A stretch of 64,000 nucleotides of DNA from Promethearchaeota archaeon (GCA_016840165.1 JAEOSU010000032.1:1-64000); one strand, 5' to 3'. Positions 52,963 to 63,849 are shown, counted from the stretch's first letter. Numbers and translations are program-made. Notes: generated by a model from the letters alone, not told the origin.

Positions 52963-54221
52963 TTTACACCCTCTTTATTTTCATTAACTCGTTTTTCAGA
53001 TAATCCCATTACTTCAGCAATAATGTTAGTAAGATCCGTTATTTCTAAATCAATTTTTTCTGATTCTTTTTCCTTCTTCTCATGTATAAAGCATTTAAAA
53101 TGAATTTGACATTTTGTACAAGTTGTTGTTAAAACATCAGCAACTTTTTTAGCTTCAGATAATCTATCTATTTGCATTAATTTAGTGAGATCATTACAAT
53201 TTATAAAGCAGCTAACACCACAACATGGTCCATTTTCCTTTACACGATCCATTTCATTAAATATAATCCCATTTTCTTCCATCGAATTCAAAACATCTCT
53301 GGGGGGATCATAAACCTTCATATGCCGTCCTAATCTACAAGGATCATGATAAGTAACTTTTTTATAAGATGAATCGCTAAATTTCAGAGTACCATCTTCA
53401 ATTTTCTCAGCGATTAATTCAGAGAGATGAATTACTTCAAAATTTACATTATCTAAATATTTTGGATAATCTAACTTTAAGGTCCTATAACACTCAGCAC
53501 ATGTTGTAATTATTTTTTTAACTCCTAATTTGTTGATCTCGCGAACATTATGCTCTGCTAAACTTTTGAATAAATCAAATTGTCCTTTCCAAAGTGCATC
53601 ATGTCCACAGCATTTTATGTTTTCAATAAGAACCGGGGGTTTATCAAGTACTTTATTTAAAATTTTTATACCATTTTGTACTATTTTTGACAAATTTACA
53701 TCTAAATAGTCAAATACAGTATCTAATATTGGTATACAACCAAAAAAGTATGCTACATCCCCTTTTTTAGAAAATTCATATCCCTCTGGGACCAATTCAG
53801 AAGTAATCTCAAAGCCTTTTGGATTATTCGCTTGAAGCTCGTTAATTGTGGTCAGAATTCCATTATGTGTTTCTTCATACTCAATTCCCTGATCAATTAA
53901 AGTCTTCCTTGCTAATTTAATAAATTCTATAAAATCCACATTTTGTGGACAATATTCTTGACATGTTCTACAAGTTAAACAATATCGAAGAGCACGATCA
54001 TCTATAATCTGATTCTTGAATCCGATACCTGTTAATCGAACCATTTGATGGGGATTTCTTGGAAAAAGCTCAGTAGCAGGACAACTTGAAGTACATTGAC
54101 CACATTGATAACAGGCTAATAAAGTTTTAACTTCTTCCTCATTGTAAATCTCATTTATAAAGTCTATACTGATATCTGAACTTTTTAAGGGAGTTGTATT
54201 ATTTTCTTCCATTAGCTTCAC
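52959..54221 (-). CDS. HdrD-like (Fe-S)-binding protein (HdrC-type 2x[4Fe-4S] plus two CCG domains)
   Basis: CYQCGQCTSSCP, CLTCRTCQEYCP, YFFGC, KCCG, TYHDPCRLGR, PCCG. Confidence 0.9.
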   Translation of the reverse strand: MKLMEENNTTPLKSSDISIDFINEIYNEEEVKTLLACYQCGQCTSSCPATELFPRNPHQMVRLTGIGFKNQIIDDRALRYCLTCRTCQEYCPQNVDFIEFIKLARKTLIDQGIEYEETHNGILTTINELQANNPKGFEITSELVPEGYEFSKKGDVAYFFGCIPILDTVFDYLDVNLSKIVQNGIKILNKVLDKPPVLIENIKCCGHDALWKGQFDLFKSLAEHNVREINKLGVKKIITTCAECYRTLKLDYPKYLDNVNFEVIHLSELIAEKIEDGTLKFSDSSYKKVTYHDPCRLGRHMKVYDPPRDVLNSMEENGIIFNEMDRVKENGPCCGVSCFINCNDLTKLMQIDRLSEAKKVADVLTTTCTKCQIHFKCFIHEKKEKESEKIDLEITDLTNIIAEVMGLSEKRVNENKEGVK

Positions 54222-54512
54222 GTAATTTTGTTTTCCTTAAAAATAAGAATAATATGTAATTTTTTCTGTACACTATTTTACATAATGATTTAATGAATTG
54301 TTAGATAATTAAAATATCTTTTAAATAGGGAATTATCAATTTTTTTTTAATCTAACGATTATGTAAAATTATGGGGATTCGCCTTGATCCTTTTCAAATT
54401 AATTTAAGTTTATATATATGAATTATTTAAGCAAATAATACGCAGTAAGTTAATAAAGGATTTTAATATATTAAGAATTAATTTTGATATGCCGTATATA
54501 TAAATCCAAAAT

Positions 54513-55328
54513 ATGATTATTGCTATCATCTATTTTTCAGCTACAGGCAACACGCAGAGAATAAAGAACGTTATAAAAGAAGAGCTAATAAATTTAGGTA
54601 ACGAGATACAAGAATTTAACTTAGCTAATCGAAGTGTCAGGGAAAATTTCAGTAGTTTTAAGTTATTTGATGCAGTCATTTTTGGATTTCCGGTTTATTT
54701 TTGGCGCGCTCCTCGATTAGTAAGAGAATGGTTCAAAACTAAGAATGGTATGAACCGTCGATGTTCTCTATTCTTTACATATGGAGGTGCTCATATCGGA
54801 GTCGCCCACCATAATATGAAACAAATTTTAGCCTCTTGTAGTTTTAATTTGATTACATCAGCTGAATTTTTAGCTAAACACACATTTAATGTTGCTGGAT
54901 TTCAGTTTATGGAAAATCGTCCCGATAATGAAGATTTTAAGATTGCTCGGAAATTTGCATCCATTTGCCATCATAAGTTTTTGGAGGAAATCGTTAATCC
55001 ATTGATATTTGATCTTCCTATTAAAAGTGAAGAAGAAGTAGATAAAATCGAAGTAAGTTTTAGAAGAGCAATTCCTACTCCCTATATTGACGTCAAACTC
55101 TGTACAGAATGTGGTGTATGTCAAAAAGTCTGTCCTACTAATGCTATGGATATTACAAAAGGAAAAGCCAGGAGAAATTATTGTATAAGATGCCTTAGGT
55201 GCTTATATAATTGTCCGGAAAAAGCTATTAAAATGCCTAATATGACTTCTCATTATAAATTAATGAAAAATACCTTGAGATTAACGGATGAGATATTAAA
55301 AAATAAAAAAAGCAGAATTTATTGTTAA
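54513..55328 (+). CDS. EFR1-family flavodoxin-ferredoxin fusion
   Basis: YFSATGNT, FGFPVY, CTECGVCQKVCP, CIRCLRCLYNCP. Confidence 0.9.
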   Translation: MIIAIIYFSATGNTQRIKNVIKEELINLGNEIQEFNLANRSVRENFSSFKLFDAVIFGFPVYFWRAPRLVREWFKTKNGMNRRCSLFFTYGGAHIGVAHHNMKQILASCSFNLITSAEFLAKHTFNVAGFQFMENRPDNEDFKIARKFASICHHKFLEEIVNPLIFDLPIKSEEEVDKIEVSFRRAIPTPYIDVKLCTECGVCQKVCPTNAMDITKGKARRNYCIRCLRCLYNCPEKAIKMPNMTSHYKLMKNTLRLTDEILKNKKSRIYC

Positions 55329-55471
55329 TAAAATCCTGACAACCATAGTATTTTTAATATTCTGACATATCGTTTAAGATTTATATTTAAACAAATTCTA
55401 TAATAACTTAATATTCTAATTAATTGATCTTTTCAAATTATCGAAAATAGTTATAATATTATTTAACAATT

Positions 55472-56584
55472 ATGCACCCCAAATATGCCTATAAGACACA
55501 AATCGGCCCTTCGATTGGTATCTCTTTAAAGGATTGGCTTAAATTGGTTCTCACTAATGGTAAGGTTGCCTTTAAAAACTATCCACGAGTCTTCTTAATA
55601 AATCTCATGAGTATATTTGGGATCCCTTTCAGGTTTTATGAAAAATGGCGCCTAAATAAAAAAATTAGTTCGACTGAGCTTTTAGATCAACCAATCTTTA
55701 TTGTGGGCCATTGGAGGAGTGGTACGACTCTCCTTCATAATCTTTTAGTTCAAGATCCCCAATTCGGATATATCACAATGTTACAAGCCGCTTTTCCCAA
55801 ATCGTTCATTACAAGTAATTTCTTTAAGCGATTTATGAATCGATTTTTACCACAAACAAGACCAATGGATGCAATGAAAATGGGGATATATGAAGCCCAA
55901 GAGGAGGAAATGGCTATGGGAAATATGTTTCCCTATTCTTTTTATAATGGCTGGTATTTCCCTCGTAGAATGATGGAATTTTATTTTAAATATGTAAGAT
56001 TTAACCAAATTTCATTAAGTCTGATGGAACAATGGAGACGTATTTATGATTTTTTATTAAAAAAAGCCACATTTTTCATGAAAGGAAGGCGATTGATTTT
56101 AAAAAACCCTGTAAATACTGCACGAATTAAGTTTCTTTTGGATCTTTACCCGAATGCAAAATTCATTCATATTTATCGAAATCCTTATGAGGTTTACGCA
56201 TCAACTCGTCATTTCTATAAAACAACAGTAGAAGCATTTATGTTACAACGCATAAATGATAAAAAAATTGAAGATAATATATTTAAAATCTATTCAGAAA
56301 TGATGAAATCTTACTTTAAAGAATCTAAACTTATACCTAAAGGTAATTTAATTGAACTTAAATTTGAAGATCTCGAAAAAGATCCTATATTTCAACTTCA
56401 AAGGATTTATAATGCATTAGATTTAAAAGGTTACGAGACAACAGAGCCTAAATTTTTAAAATACCTCCAAACGATAAAATCATATAAGAAAAACAAATTT
56501 AATTTTTCGAAAGAACTAATCGAACAAGTAAAGGAACATTGGAGCTTTACCTTAGAAAAGTGGGGTTATAAAGCTCCACAATAG
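55472..56584 (+). CDS. PAPS-dependent sulfotransferase family protein
   Basis: IFIVGHWRSGTTLLHNLL (5'-PSB loop), LKNP, FIHIYRNPYEVYAS, FEDL. Confidence 0.9.
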   Translation: MHPKYAYKTQIGPSIGISLKDWLKLVLTNGKVAFKNYPRVFLINLMSIFGIPFRFYEKWRLNKKISSTELLDQPIFIVGHWRSGTTLLHNLLVQDPQFGYITMLQAAFPKSFITSNFFKRFMNRFLPQTRPMDAMKMGIYEAQEEEMAMGNMFPYSFYNGWYFPRRMMEFYFKYVRFNQISLSLMEQWRRIYDFLLKKATFFMKGRRLILKNPVNTARIKFLLDLYPNAKFIHIYRNPYEVYASTRHFYKTTVEAFMLQRINDKKIEDNIFKIYSEMMKSYFKESKLIPKGNLIELKFEDLEKDPIFQLQRIYNALDLKGYETTEPKFLKYLQTIKSYKKNKFNFSKELIEQVKEHWSFTLEKWGYKAPQ

Positions 56585-56692
56585 ATTATAATCAAATTTA
56601 TTTATTATCGTTCCAATCACTATTGATTTATAAGAGTAAATTATTTACTTTTTAGCGTAATATTCATCTTAAAAAGAGATAAAGATGACAAA

Positions 56693-59600
56693 ATGGATCC
56701 AATTACGAATAATTTAACTTACCAATGTCCATTTTGTAATAATCTCCTTGAATCACGATTTTCCAAATGCTATAATATATATTGCGAGGGTCAAAAATTT
56801 GGACTCCATAATTATGTGATTTATAAACTTAATCCTGACCTAGGAGTTGGAAAAATTATTAAGGTTTTAGATATCCCAACTTCCCGATCATTAGATGAGG
56901 AAGATAATAGCACTCTCAAGCTCTTTAAAGTGGAATTTGAAAATAATATCGTGAAAATTATTCATCCTATTGATCTCATTCATTATTTATTTTCGATCAA
57001 TGAAAGAGTTAAAACTCATAAAGGATTTGGAGTGATAAATTCCTCTCATTTTTTAAATAAAGATGGACAAATTTCTTATGAATTACTCTTTTCAGATGGA
57101 AATATGCTTCAAATCTATGAATCTGATCTTTTAGCTCAATATATAACACCAATAAACAAGATTTTATCCCAAAACACTATAGATCCTCCCCAGCAATTTT
57201 TAATTAAATATTGGGCTAATTTGTTTTATTCATATTATACCTCTTATCAAGTTAAATGTATTACAAATTCTCGGCTATCTATGATGCCTCACCAAGTCAA
57301 TGTAGCACATAGATTATCGGAAGAGTTCTTTCCCAAAGTTATTTTAGCAGATGAGGTTGGGCTTGGGAAAACGATTGAGGCAGGAATATTTATCAAAGAA
57401 ATGATGGCTAGGAACTTAGCTGAACGTATTTTGATAATCGTCCCTGCGACATTAGTAAAACAATGGCAATTTGAGCTTCAGAATAAATTTAATATGGAGT
57501 TTACGATTTATGATGGGAAAAAAGTGAAAGAATTAAAAAAGAAACCACTCTTTCGCCAGAAAACAACTTTTCGCAACCCATTTTATTTCGATAATCTTAT
57601 TATTTGCTCTCTCCAATTTGCGCGAAATAGAAAATATATAAAACTCTTATCAGAGATTCCTTGGGATGTAGTTGTATTTGATGAAGCTCATCATCTCAGA
57701 CGGTATCTATTAAACTACTCCACAGGAAATTATAGAAACACCCTCAATTATGAACTTGCTTACAATTTAAGCCAAAATTCTCAATCTTTATTACTTTTAT
57801 CAGCTACACCATTACAATTGCATTCATTTGAACTTTATTCGTTAATCGAGTTGATTCAAAGAGAAGCATTCGATAATTTTTCAGATTTTGAGCATTTCCG
57901 AAAGAATATGCCTTTTATTAATCTTCTTATAACTAACATTAACCAAATAAAAAAATTGAATAATTTTGAAGTAAAAAATACCATTAAATTACTCAAAAAG
58001 CTTAATTATGTGGATCGTAAAAAGGAAGATAAATATATACTAGAAAACCTCCAAGACACGAACTTTAAATCCAAATTATTAAAGAAAATTGAAAGTGACC
58101 ATACACTATCAAAGTTTCTCATACGGAATAGAAAGAAAAATGTCTTTTCGGATGATATATTGAATACTCGGATCGTTAAAACTATTGTAGTAAATCCAAC
58201 ATCAGAAGAACTGAATGTTTACAACGAGATTCGACTCTATTTAGCTAAAATCTATAACTCATCTATGAGTAAGCACAATGTTGGGCTAGGTTTTATCATC
58301 ACTACTCTTCAGAAACTTCTTACTTCTTCAAAATATGCCCTATTAAAAAGTCTTGAAAGACGTTTGGAACAGATTGATAAATTAAAAAGCCTTAGCATCG
58401 GTCTATCTGCATTAAAAGAAGAAGATCCAGAGTTTTTCGAATCTGAATTGGAAAACGAGTATCTCGATACTGAGATCTCTTATCAAAGTAATAATGAAAC
58501 TAATAATAGTTCACAAAATTCTGAACTAGACCTAATTAACCAAGAAAAAATAATAAAGGAGTTTTATAATAAACTCAAAAAGATTCCATACGATTCAAAA
58601 TCAGAGAAATTATTCGAACTAATACAAGAAATTTATCAGCAAAATCCACATGAAAAAATTTTAATCTTCACTCAGTTTGTAGATACTTTATTTCATCTAA
58701 AGGAATTACTTGAAAAACAAAAAGAAGAGTATAAAGTAGAATTGTTTTACGGTGGGATGGATAAAGAAGAAAAAGATGAAGCTGTAGAGCGATTTCGGAC
58801 AAATGAGGGCTTATCTATATTATTATCTACGGAAATAGGAGGGGAAGGACGTAATTTTCAGTTTTCTCGAGTGCTTATAAATTATGATCTTCCCTGGAAT
58901 CCCATGAAGTTGGAACAAAGGATTGGAAGGCTTGATCGAATAGGACAATCTTCTAAGGAAATTTATATTTATAATTTCTTTTTAGAAGGCACTGTTGAAA
59001 CGGATATAATGTTTGCTTTAAATAAGAGAATTCATTTGTTTGAAGAATCAATCGGTCAACTGGAACCAATTATCGGGAAAATTGAAAAGGATATAAGAAA
59101 TATCATCTTTACTGAGGATGATGGTGCTAAAAGAAGAAAATTAAACGAATTTAACCGAAAATTGGATATTGAAGTAAAAAAAGCAAGAGAAAGCAAAATG
59201 CAATTAGATGATCTGCTAATCGATAAGAAATCTTTTCAAATTGATAATCTAATCACCTCAATTGCTGCGTGTGAAGAAGTTAAACTAAGTCATAATGAGT
59301 TATTTTTGTTAGTAAAGTATTGCTTCGAGCTTAGAGATCATAATTTTGGAGACTTTCATATTTCAGATGATTGTGAATTCCAATCTAAAGATATTGTAAA
59401 TTGTGAGATATTACTTCAACCTCAAAAAGGACTTTTAAAAAGATCAAGAAATAAATTATCTAAGGAATATTATGGTACGTTTGGATTAGATCTAGCAAGA
59501 GAAAAAGAAGAGATCGATTTTTTTGCATTAGGTCATCCTTTAATAGACGAAATCATCAATTTATGCCGATCTGATTTCTTCAAAGGCACCTTTACGATTT

Positions 59601-60304
59601 TAACTGTAAAGCGAGAATTAATTTCGGAATCATTAAAAAAGTTAGTTACAAGTATCAATGAAGCATTCATTTTCATTTACGAAGTTAAGTTTCAGGGCTA
59701 TATCACAGAAAAACAAAATTCAAGTATCGTTTTAGACAAACATGGAACGAAAATACCTAATCTTGAAAACTTCCTGTTAAATATTGAAAATTTCCATAAT
59801 CTTTACGATTTCCAAGAAAATAAGGAATCATCTATAAATTTAGAAGGAGAATTCATAGAAAATTTATTAAATTTTTCAAAAACTAATATAAAGCAAAAAA
59901 CATCGCAGTGGAAAAAAGATATCAAGAAGTTAAACGATAAAATTTTTAAACTCGAGATGAGAAAAAAAGATAAGATTTACAAATACAACAAGAAAGCGCA
60001 AACCATAAAACTTGAATCATTGAAACGTAAATTGGAGCAAAAAATTAACCAGAGACCATCAGTGCGTCAAAAAGACAATATTGCTAAATTGGATGATGAG
60101 AAGAAAAAGAAGGAGAGATTGGACCGGTATCAACGATTAGAAGAAGAAATCGGCGTTCTTGAACGGGACATTAAAGCAGTAGAAAAAATAATTGATGACC
60201 TTTCGTTTGAGTATGAAGATCGTAAAAATGAGATGAATAAGCGTAATTTATCGAAGTTCTATACAAATTTATCTTCATTTGCACTTATTAGATTTAGCGA
60301 TTAA
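56693..60304 (+). CDS. SNF2-family helicase/ATPase (RapA/HepA-like) with N-terminal Cys4 motif and C-terminal coiled coil
   Basis: LADEVGLGKT, DEAHH, SATP, GGEGRNFQ, WNPMKLEQRIGRLDRIGQ, GHPLID. Confidence 0.92.
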   Translation: MDPITNNLTYQCPFCNNLLESRFSKCYNIYCEGQKFGLHNYVIYKLNPDLGVGKIIKVLDIPTSRSLDEEDNSTLKLFKVEFENNIVKIIHPIDLIHYLFSINERVKTHKGFGVINSSHFLNKDGQISYELLFSDGNMLQIYESDLLAQYITPINKILSQNTIDPPQQFLIKYWANLFYSYYTSYQVKCITNSRLSMMPHQVNVAHRLSEEFFPKVILADEVGLGKTIEAGIFIKEMMARNLAERILIIVPATLVKQWQFELQNKFNMEFTIYDGKKVKELKKKPLFRQKTTFRNPFYFDNLIICSLQFARNRKYIKLLSEIPWDVVVFDEAHHLRRYLLNYSTGNYRNTLNYELAYNLSQNSQSLLLLSATPLQLHSFELYSLIELIQREAFDNFSDFEHFRKNMPFINLLITNINQIKKLNNFEVKNTIKLLKKLNYVDRKKEDKYILENLQDTNFKSKLLKKIESDHTLSKFLIRNRKKNVFSDDILNTRIVKTIVVNPTSEELNVYNEIRLYLAKIYNSSMSKHNVGLGFIITTLQKLLTSSKYALLKSLERRLEQIDKLKSLSIGLSALKEEDPEFFESELENEYLDTEISYQSNNETNNSSQNSELDLINQEKIIKEFYNKLKKIPYDSKSEKLFELIQEIYQQNPHEKILIFTQFVDTLFHLKELLEKQKEEYKVELFYGGMDKEEKDEAVERFRTNEGLSILLSTEIGGEGRNFQFSRVLINYDLPWNPMKLEQRIGRLDRIGQSSKEIYIYNFFLEGTVETDIMFALNKRIHLFEESIGQLEPIIGKIEKDIRNIIFTEDDGAKRRKLNEFNRKLDIEVKKARESKMQLDDLLIDKKSFQIDNLITSIAACEEVKLSHNELFLLVKYCFELRDHNFGDFHISDDCEFQSKDIVNCEILLQPQKGLLKRSRNKLSKEYYGTFGLDLAREKEEIDFFALGHPLIDEIINLCRSDFFKGTFTILTVKRELISESLKKLVTSINEAFIFIYEVKFQGYITEKQNSSIVLDKHGTKIPNLENFLLNIENFHNLYDFQENKESSINLEGEFIENLLNFSKTNIKQKTSQWKKDIKKLNDKIFKLEMRKKDKIYKYNKKAQTIKLESLKRKLEQKINQRPSVRQKDNIAKLDDEKKKKERLDRYQRLEEEIGVLERDIKAVEKIIDDLSFEYEDRKNEMNKRNLSKFYTNLSSFALIRFSD

Positions 60305-60377
60305 ATCGTAATATTATACATTTAAAAATACATTCTAACATTATATATTAAAAACACTCAAAGCCAAGCGATTTAGA

Positions 60378-60965
60378 TTGCAATTATTTAATGTCTATGA
60401 GAATGGTGTTCTAAGAAAAGTAGATAAAGTAGATTTTGCTGACCACAAAGTTTTTCTTATTGATGATGAAAATACAATTTATTTGTGGTATGGAAAGAAA
60501 TCTTCTCAAAATAAACGAAAATTGAGTGAAAAAAGGGCACAAAAACTCATAAAGACCAGAACTAAGAAAACGGACCTTGAAATCTTACACCAAGGAAATG
60601 AATTCGGAAGCTTTTTGACGATGATTGAACCATTAAAACAAGGAATATCCCATAAGGTTAGTCTGGAGAAAAGAAAAGAATTAAAAATTAAAATTGATGA
60701 TACCTTGGAATTAATTGAAGCAGGAATTACACCTGATTTCGAGGCAGAAATAACTTTAGATGCACACAAACTTTCAGAAGAGAAAAAGAGTTATGAAGAA
60801 CTGTGCCGTATTCTCGCCGAACTCCAATTAGAGCTTATAAGCACGGAGAAAAAGATAAAATCGGCAGAAATAGAAAAGAAAGCTATCGAAATTTATCGTT
60901 CTTCTTCCACATATGATGAGTTATGTTGGTTAATTACTGAACTTCGGTTACTGAGACAAAAATAG
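60378..60965 (+). CDS. Single-domain gelsolin/villin homolog with C-terminal helical (X-like) domain
   Basis: KVFLID...IYLWYGKKSS...RAQKL...ILHQGNE..SF is a gelsolin repeat signature; duplicated YEELCRILAEL/YDELCWLITEL. Confidence 0.8.
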   Translation: MQLFNVYENGVLRKVDKVDFADHKVFLIDDENTIYLWYGKKSSQNKRKLSEKRAQKLIKTRTKKTDLEILHQGNEFGSFLTMIEPLKQGISHKVSLEKRKELKIKIDDTLELIEAGITPDFEAEITLDAHKLSEEKKSYEELCRILAELQLELISTEKKIKSAEIEKKAIEIYRSSSTYDELCWLITELRLLRQK

Positions 60966-61036
60966 GATAATGCTTAAACTTATTATTTTTATTGTACTAT
61001 TTTTATAATTACAAAGCATTACTGAGAGTGATATAA

Positions 61037-61417
61037 TTGGAAGAAATTATAATAGAAAACGAAGAAATTGGTCAAATTCACGCGAAATTACTTAAAGAAA
61101 AAAATCCGAAAACTTGTCAAGCGATTTGGGATAGTTTACCCTTAGATTTGAATTTGTCTCGTTGGGGCGAGGAACTTTATGGAGCAATTCCAGTTAAAAT
61201 CCCCGAAGAAAACTCACAGTTAGAATGTGAAGTGGGTGATATTGGTTATTGGATACAAGGTTCGGGATTTTGTATTTTCTTTGGAAAAACTCCAGTAAGC
61301 TCAAGTGATAAACCTAAAGCTGCATCGGAAGTTAATATCTTTGCGCATATTGAGGTTGATCCTTCTATTTTCAAGCAATTTACTTCCTTTGAAGGTAAAG
61401 TGATAAAAGTAAATTAA
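61037..61417 (+). CDS. Cyclophilin-like fold protein (DUF369-type)
   Basis: PKTC.AIWDSLP, RWGEELY, VGDIGYW..G..FCIFFGKTP. Confidence 0.85.
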   Translation: MEEIIIENEEIGQIHAKLLKEKNPKTCQAIWDSLPLDLNLSRWGEELYGAIPVKIPEENSQLECEVGDIGYWIQGSGFCIFFGKTPVSSSDKPKAASEVNIFAHIEVDPSIFKQFTSFEGKVIKVN

Positions 61418-61454
61418 AAAAAATATTATTTTTATAAATTATTGATTTGCATTC

Positions 61455-62069
61455 TCATGTCGTTTTTTTTAATCTTCGCTTCCTAGTATACGTTTGATAT
61501 CTTTTATATCCGAAGGTACCTATCGAAATCACAAGCATAATAGTAAATAAAGTAAAGATACCGGGATTTTGAAAATCTGTTCCAATTAGTACCCCATGAA
61601 CATAAGCAAAAATTAATGCAATATAATTTAGGTAATGAAAGAATCTCCAATATTTTTTTATTTTCGTTCTCAGTATTGCGGCTAATGCACCAATATAAAT
61701 GATTATCAGAGCGGGCCGGCCTGCTAACTCCCAAAATGCAAGCCATGAAGAGACGTCGGGAATAAAAACTAAAATATTCATTACTGAAATAGCAAAAACA
61801 ACAGGATGGAGCGTCACCATAATCAAACCAAAAATAGAATAGATATGATGTTGCTTAACGAATGGTTTTCCAAAAATTTTATACAATTGTACCATAAATG
61901 GACTCATCGTTGTTGCAATAAACATCGAAGTGAATCCAAATAGAGCGCCTAAACGGATAAAAAAGCTGAATGCATCTGAGGGTGGTGTAAGCAAAAATAG
62001 AATAAAAACGAAGATAAACAAGAGTAGATTAATAAAAATCAATACTATAGCTTTTTTGCTAAATTCCAT
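61455..62069 (-). CDS. Ferric reductase-like transmembrane (heme b) protein
   Basis: 6 TM with His pairs: KQHH...TLHP and WRFFHYLNY...YVHG. Confidence 0.8.
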   Translation of the reverse strand: MEFSKKAIVLIFINLLLFIFVFILFLLTPPSDAFSFFIRLGALFGFTSMFIATTMSPFMVQLYKIFGKPFVKQHHIYSIFGLIMVTLHPVVFAISVMNILVFIPDVSSWLAFWELAGRPALIIIYIGALAAILRTKIKKYWRFFHYLNYIALIFAYVHGVLIGTDFQNPGIFTLFTIMLVISIGTFGYKRYQTYTRKRRLKKTT

Positions 62070-62206
62070 ATTTATCCTCTCTATGGTGGTATTTTTTATA
62101 GTAAGTTATGATATATATCTAATTATATTAAATTTTATAAAAATTAATCTGGATAACTCTTTTTAGTTTTTTTTTCATTAGAATATCATCCTAGTATGTT
62201 CCTTTA

Positions 62207-62230
62207 TTCGTGAAAGTGTGCTTTCACGAA
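62207..62230. terminator. Perfect 10-bp hairpin downstream of 62271..63848 (terminator, stabiliser or operator)
   Basis: TTCGTGAAAG-TGTG-CTTTCACGAA. Confidence 0.4.
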
Positions 62231-62270
62231 GATTTATTAAAAATAGAATAAAAAAGTAAAAATTTAAATC

Positions 62271-63848
62271 TTATAATAAAGCCATGATATTTGCTAATTC
62301 TTTCATCTTTTTCATGCCTTTAATCTTGAGTTTTCCTGTCAGCATCTTTATTAGCATTGCTCCTTTTGAAATATTCCCGCTTGAGAAATCAAAAAATAAT
62401 CCAGCGGGGCATGCGAGCATAGCGTCTACTTCTAAATCCTTAAGATTCACTTTATCGTTCTCAATATGTTGTACATCCAATTTTCCATTCTCTACTATTA
62501 TCAAGGCACTATATTTTTGATCAGTAAGATTATATAAGAAGCTCATTTTTGCATTTGCATATTGTTCCTTAAATTTACTTCTATTGTTTATAGCTCCCAT
62601 TTGCGACCATAAGAGTCCTGCAAGTCCTTTTTTTTCTTCCTCTTTTGGAGGTTTTTTCTTCCCTTCTTCAATTTTTAGCCATTCTTCAAATGATTCTCTC
62701 TTTGGAATCTCAACTTTTATATTATCTAAATTATCTGCTATTGGCAATTTTCCGTATGTATGAGCTGCTGCGACAGCAGCATGGATGTGGTCTGAAGGCG
62801 TATCATAGGGTACATTCATGAGGAAAAGACTTAAATTATGATCACGAGCAAAGGCATCAATATATCTCTTAACTGTATCTACAATTTTTTCAATTGGACC
62901 ATCACGTAGCAATCGTGCATTTAAGCCTGCGGTTACGGTTACAGGTATCCCTTCCTTGCGAAATTTTTCTGTATAATCACGAACTGCTTCAAGGGGATAA
63001 TCCTGCCAGCGTCCCATACCTAAAAATATGGCAGGAGTACCTCCCATGCTAGCAATTTCTACATCAAAACTGTCATGAAGGATTTTAGGATCAAATTTTT
63101 CTATTCTTTCTTCACAATAATCTCCGGATACGTTCATTGTCATTACTCCGAATTTTTTAACATTCTTCTCAAGTCTTTGATTATATGGGACTACCCATTC
63201 TTTCATTTCATCGGGCGATAAATTTGGAACGCAAGCCCAGGCATCAGCTCCTATTCCCATTAGTGCTCCAGTAGCTTCATTTTGAGCCTTAACCGAAGGG
63301 GTTAATACATCATCAACAATAAATTTAAATACTTCATGTGCAAAATCTGGCTTCTTTCTCATCGCTTTAATAAGTCCTGGAAAACCCATCAATCCTACTG
63401 CTAAGCTAAAGGGTGAACAAAAAGAAACCATCGCCATTCCTGCTTGTGCTAACCCCCCTCCTTTCAATAATGAAGGATACCGACCATCTTTATGAAAATC
63501 GACTTTTTTCATTTTTAATTTTTTAAGATCTTCTGGGGTTTTAATTAAGGGATCACGAAAATCAATAGTAGGCATCGAGTTTTCACCATAAATTAACTTA
63601 CCGCCTAAGGCTTCTACTTCAAGATCATAGATATCATGTCCACCTGCAGGACTATCTAAATTATAATAACGCCCTACTAATTCACCCATCTCGAAATTAT
63701 AGCTAAAATCGCTATAAAATTTTTTAGCCGGAGATTTAGTAAGATACATCACATGATCATGACATTGAGCTCCAATAGTTAATGTTCCCGTATCTCCTCT
63801 TGAAATTAAACTGCCTAAATCTTTTTTAACTTCTCCTGTTTGAGCCAC
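62271..63848 (-). CDS. UroD/MtaA-family methyltransferase-like protein fused to a C-terminal SCP2 lipid-binding domain
   Basis: YDLEVEALG, DGRYP, SPFSLA, NLSP, VPYDTP..HIHAAV; C-terminal VDAMLAC...MLTGKLKIKG.KKM SCP2 signature; GTG start. Confidence 0.8.
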   Translation of the reverse strand: MAQTGEVKKDLGSLISRGDTGTLTIGAQCHDHVMYLTKSPAKKFYSDFSYNFEMGELVGRYYNLDSPAGGHDIYDLEVEALGGKLIYGENSMPTIDFRDPLIKTPEDLKKLKMKKVDFHKDGRYPSLLKGGGLAQAGMAMVSFCSPFSLAVGLMGFPGLIKAMRKKPDFAHEVFKFIVDDVLTPSVKAQNEATGALMGIGADAWACVPNLSPDEMKEWVVPYNQRLEKNVKKFGVMTMNVSGDYCEERIEKFDPKILHDSFDVEIASMGGTPAIFLGMGRWQDYPLEAVRDYTEKFRKEGIPVTVTAGLNARLLRDGPIEKIVDTVKRYIDAFARDHNLSLFLMNVPYDTPSDHIHAAVAAAHTYGKLPIADNLDNIKVEIPKRESFEEWLKIEEGKKKPPKEEEKKGLAGLLWSQMGAINNRSKFKEQYANAKMSFLYNLTDQKYSALIIVENGKLDVQHIENDKVNLKDLEVDAMLACPAGLFFDFSSGNISKGAMLIKMLTGKLKIKGMKKMKELANIMALL

Positions 63849-63849
63849 T

